Below are positions 58,851 to 64,000 of a stretch of DNA of 64,000 bases, piece after piece. Source of the stretch: an uncultured Actinomycetota bacterium (GTDB taxonomy: Bacteria > Actinomycetota > Actinomycetes > Actinomycetales > Demequinaceae); NCBI GenBank assembly GCA_963712245.1, contig CAVQHE010000004.1:34602-98601 (forward strand), written 5' to 3'. The notes under the pieces are model-generated. The model was given only the letters and a program-made list of their open reading frames with translations, was not told the origin of the DNA and ran no database searches. The position numbers and the translations under genes were made by a program. The number at the start of each line of letters is the position of its first letter. Position 1 is the stretch's first letter.

Positions 58851-60772
58851 GTGAACCAAGCCCTCTACCGCCGCTACCGGCCGGACACGTTCGCCGAGGT
58901 CGTGGGCCAGGAGCACGTCACCGAGCCGCTCATGCACGCGCTCCGGACCGACCGCGTCGCCCACGCATACCTCTTCTCCGGACCCGCGGGGTTGCGGCAA
59001 GACGACGTCCGCGCGCATCCTCGCCCGGTGCCTCAACTGCGCCCAGGGGCCCACCGATACGCCGTGCGGGACGTGCGACTCGTGCGTCGAGCTCGCGACC
59101 GGGGGGACGGGATCGGTCGACGTCGTCGAGATCGACGCAGCCTCGCACAACGGCGTCGACGACGCCCGGGAGCTCCGCGAGCGCGCGGCCTTCGCGCCCG
59201 CGCGGGACGCGTACAAGGTCTTCATCCTCGACGAGGCGCACATGGTGACCCCTCAGGGGTTCAACGCCCTCCTGAAGCTCGTCGAGGAGCCCCCGCCGCA
59301 CGTGCGCTTCATCTTCGCGACGACGGAGCCCGACAAGGTGATCGGCACGATCCGCTCGCGTACCCACCACTACCCGTTCCGCCTCGTGCCTCCGGCGGTG
59401 CTCACCGACTACCTCGCCACGCTGTGCGAGGCCGAGGGGACGACGGTCGCCGCGGGAGTCCTGCCGCTCGTCGTGCGCGCCGGGCGGCGGCTCCGTGCGC
59501 GACTCCCTGTCCGTCCTCGACCAGCTCATGGCCGGCTCAGGGGACGACGGCATCACCTACGAGCGCGCGATCGCGCTTCTGGGGTTCACGGACGCGGCGC
59601 TACTCGACGACGCGGTGGACGCGCTCGCGGCGGGAGACGGCGCGTCCCTCTTCGCCGTGGTCGAGCGCGTGATCCAGACGGGGCACGAGCCGCGCCGATT
59701 CGTCGAGGATCTGCTCGAGCGCCTGCGCGACCTCCTCATCCTCGCGGCGGCCGGCGAGGCCGGGCTCAAGGCCCTCGGCGCGGTACCGCTCGACCAGCTG
59801 GACCGGATGCGCGACCAGGCCCGCCGCCTCGGCCTCGAGCGCGCGTCGCGCGCCGCCGACCGCGTCAACGACGCCCTGACGTCGATGGTCGGGGCGACGT
59901 CGCCGCGGCTGCACCTCGAGTTGCTGTGCGCGCGTCTTGTCGCGGGCGAGAGCCCCGTTCGCCTCGAACCGGCGTCGACGGGCGCAGCCGACGCGGCCGA
60001 GGCGGACTCCCCCGCCCGGCCCGCGAGCCCGCTTGCGGCCCTCGTCGTCGCCAACCGCGAGCCCGCCTCGCCGTCATCGGCGACGCCCACCGGCGACGAG
60101 GACGCTCCTCCTCCGGCCGCCGAGAAGCCGTCGCCTCCCGACGACGCGACCACCGATGACGCGGCGACCGACGAGGACGACGCCGCCTTGGAACCCGCGC
60201 CCGCGTCTGAGTCGACGCCGGAGCCGGAGCCGGCCACGGAAACCCCGCCGCCGAGCGCGGAGGCGGCCGTCGACCTCCCGGCCCCCGACGCCGCCTCCGG
60301 CGACGCCGAACTCCTGCGACGTCGGTGGTCGGAGGTGCTCGGGACCCTCGAGCGTCGCCGCGTGACGTGGGTGCTGGTCAGCCAGAGCGCGCAGGTCGCG
60401 CGCGTCGACGGCGACACCGTCGTCCTCGCATTCTCGAGCCCGCCGCTCGCGGAGCGCTTCAACGCCGGTCAGCACGCCGAGAACGTCGCGCTCGCCATCC
60501 GCGAGACGCTCGGGCTCCAGGTGCGCGTCGCCGGTGAGCCCGAGAACGGGTCGGCCGCGCCGCCGCCCACGCCCCGGTCCGCGCCAGCCCCGACCCGGAC
60601 CGATCCGTCTCCCGCGCCCGCGCCGGAGCCCGAGCCGAAAGCGCCGCCGCGCCGTTCCGCGGCGACCGAGGACGAGGCGTCCGACGGCGACGCTCCCGCT
60701 CCCGACGCCGACCTCACCGGGGCCGACGCCGTGGCGAAGATGCTCGGCGGGACCGTCGTCGACGACGAGTAG
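58851..60772 (+). CDS. dnaX: DNA polymerase III subunit gamma/tau; two frame breaks (about 58990 and about 59483)
   Basis: [23 protein letters not shown] is in frame 0. Walker A GCGKTT appears only after removing one T in [35 protein letters not shown] and TRSRTHHY are in frame 1. [14 protein letters not shown] onward is in frame 2, after an extra G in CCGGGCGG. Confidence 0.9.
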
Positions 60773-60819
60773 GGAGCGCCTCGCGTGATGCGTCGCCCGC
60801 GCCGCTTACGCTGGGGACC

Positions 60820-61416
60820 ATGTACGACGGCGCGGTGCAGGACCTGATCGACGAGCTCGGACGCCTCCCGGGCGTCGGCCCCAAGAGCGCGCAGCGCATC
60901 GCCTTCTACCTGCTCGGCGCGGACGCCGAGGACGTCGCGCGGCTCGCGGAGGTGCTCACCACCGTCAAGGAGAAGGTCCGGTTCTGCGAGCGGTGCGGCA
61001 ACGTCGCCGAGGGCGAGTTGTGCCGGATCTGCGCGGACCCGCGGCGGTCGGACGAGGTGATCTGCGTCGTCGAGGAGCCGAAGGACGTCATGGCCGTGGA
61101 GCGCACACGCGAGTTCCGGGGGCGCTACCACGTGCTCGGCGGCGCGATCGACCCGATGGCGGGCGTCGGTCCCGACGACCTCCGGATCCGCGGACTCCTC
61201 GCGCGCCTCGGGGAGGAGACGGTGACCGAGGTGATCATCGCGACCGACCCCAACATCGAGGGAGAGGCGACCGCGACCTATCTCACCCGCCTCCTCGCGC
61301 CCATGGGGGTGACCATCTCGCGCCTCGCCTCCGGCCTCCCCGTCGGCGGCGACCTCGAGTACGCCGACGAGGTGACGCTCGGCCGCGCGTTCGAGGGACG
61401 ACGCGTCGTCACCTAG
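60820..61416 (+). CDS. recR: Recombination protein RecR
   Basis: [14 protein letters not shown] (HhH), the zinc finger [16 protein letters not shown] and the Toprim segment [15 protein letters not shown] are present. Confidence 0.95.
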   Translation: MYDGAVQDLIDELGRLPGVGPKSAQRIAFYLLGADAEDVARLAEVLTTVKEKVRFCERCGNVAEGELCRICADPRRSDEVICVVEEPKDVMAVERTREFRGRYHVLGGAIDPMAGVGPDDLRIRGLLARLGEETVTEVIIATDPNIEGEATATYLTRLLAPMGVTISRLASGLPVGGDLEYADEVTLGRAFEGRRVVT

Positions 61417-61502
61417 CCTGACCATCGTCCCCGACCGCGCCCACTAGAATTGGGCGAGCCGGGCGCGCCGCGTTCGGATCGCCGCCCGACCCGGAGAACC
61501 CG

Positions 61503-63817
<2,315 letters not shown>

Positions 63818-64000
63818 TCGCGGTCCGTCCGCGACGCACACGCCTCAACTCTGACGCTTCCGCACGCGTGGCGTGCATGCATCCTTGGCCGGGGTGTTCG
63901 GCGCCTACGGTAGTTGCTCACCTCGTCGGGGTGTTCGCCGCCTTCGGCGGCTTCGACCCCTCCCGCGTTCGCAAGCCGCGAGAGCAAGCTCTCGCCCTTG

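Noticed and set aside
58980-59490. Possible programmed ribosomal frameshift in dnaX, as in the gamma/tau production of E. coli.
   Set aside because: The breaks fall inside the N-terminal ATPase domain (Walker A and the sensor region), not after domain III. There is no slippery A AAA AAG-type heptamer or downstream hairpin. Each break is fixed by removing one base from a short homopolymer.
60773-60819. No ybaB/ebfC gene between dnaX and recR, only a 47-bp gap, although dnaX-ybaB-recR is a common arrangement.
   Set aside because: The gene may simply be located elsewhere or be absent in this lineage. Nothing in the window shows a deletion scar, so it is not informative without the whole genome.
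61440-61502. Possible promoter or leader element upstream of ask (TAGAAT at about 61448), and a search for a lysine riboswitch.
   Set aside because: The leader is only about 85 nt and lacks L-box features. The -35 element is poor. I did not consider it strong enough to list.
63885-64000. An imperfect direct repeat CGGGGTGTTCG(G)CGCC (about 63889 and about 63926), plus hairpins GCCGCCTTCGGCGGC and GCGAGAGC-AA-GCTCTCGC, downstream of asd.
   Set aside because: These are probably the asd terminator region and/or the start of a feature that continues beyond the window. There is too little sequence to interpret, and I recognise no RNA family.

Overview
High-GC actinobacterial chromosomal segment, judged by eye and by gene content; no statistics were computed. 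I support about 60 protein-coding loci, 2 tRNA-Ser genes, a small SRP RNA, a TPP riboswitch and several operator-like sites. Core blocks are: menaquinone genes (menD-menC, menB, menE-menA); cytochrome c maturation (resA/ccdA/resB/ccsB); the bS22 micro-ORF with its HTH neighbour; trkH-trkA; a thiamine ABC importer; dnaK-grpE-dnaJ-hspR with a HAIR-like operator; nrdAB; tadA; SRP RNA-dnaX-recR; and ask-asd. Four regions look accessory and are the most interesting. (1) 17.7-23.4 kb: a translationally coupled FAD-oxidoreductase/DUF1365/CFA-synthase-like/SDR operon, divergent from an SRPBCC gene and a MerR regulator with a B12-binding-like domain, with a repeat-rich AT-rich operator between them. 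This is a candidate light- or B12-controlled furan-fatty-acid-type lipid module. (2) 28.8-38.7 kb: a glycan assembly cluster with an NDK-like/nucleotidyltransferase fusion, a WbdD-like methyltransferase plus kinase-like protein, three glycosyltransferases, an epimerase and a fused ABC exporter. (3) 48.8-52.6 kb: a reading frame of about 940 codons that joins an ECF sigma factor, a zf-HC2 anti-sigma motif, TM segments and a large extracytoplasmic domain, containing an 18-bp x4 tandem repeat. A degenerate GGDEF-like gene lies divergent to it. (4) nrdAB with class Ic (Phe-for-Tyr) signatures, paired NrdR boxes and phased DnaA boxes. I saw no CRISPR array, transposase, integrase or phage genes. 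The reading-frame disruptions are strikingly clustered: dense in menDC, HAD/trkHA and thiBPQ, single in dnaK, dnaJ and dnaX, and absent from about 33 kb of other genes. This may reflect assembly quality or real gene decay, and needs read-level checking. Gene starts are hand-picked and may be off by a few codons.
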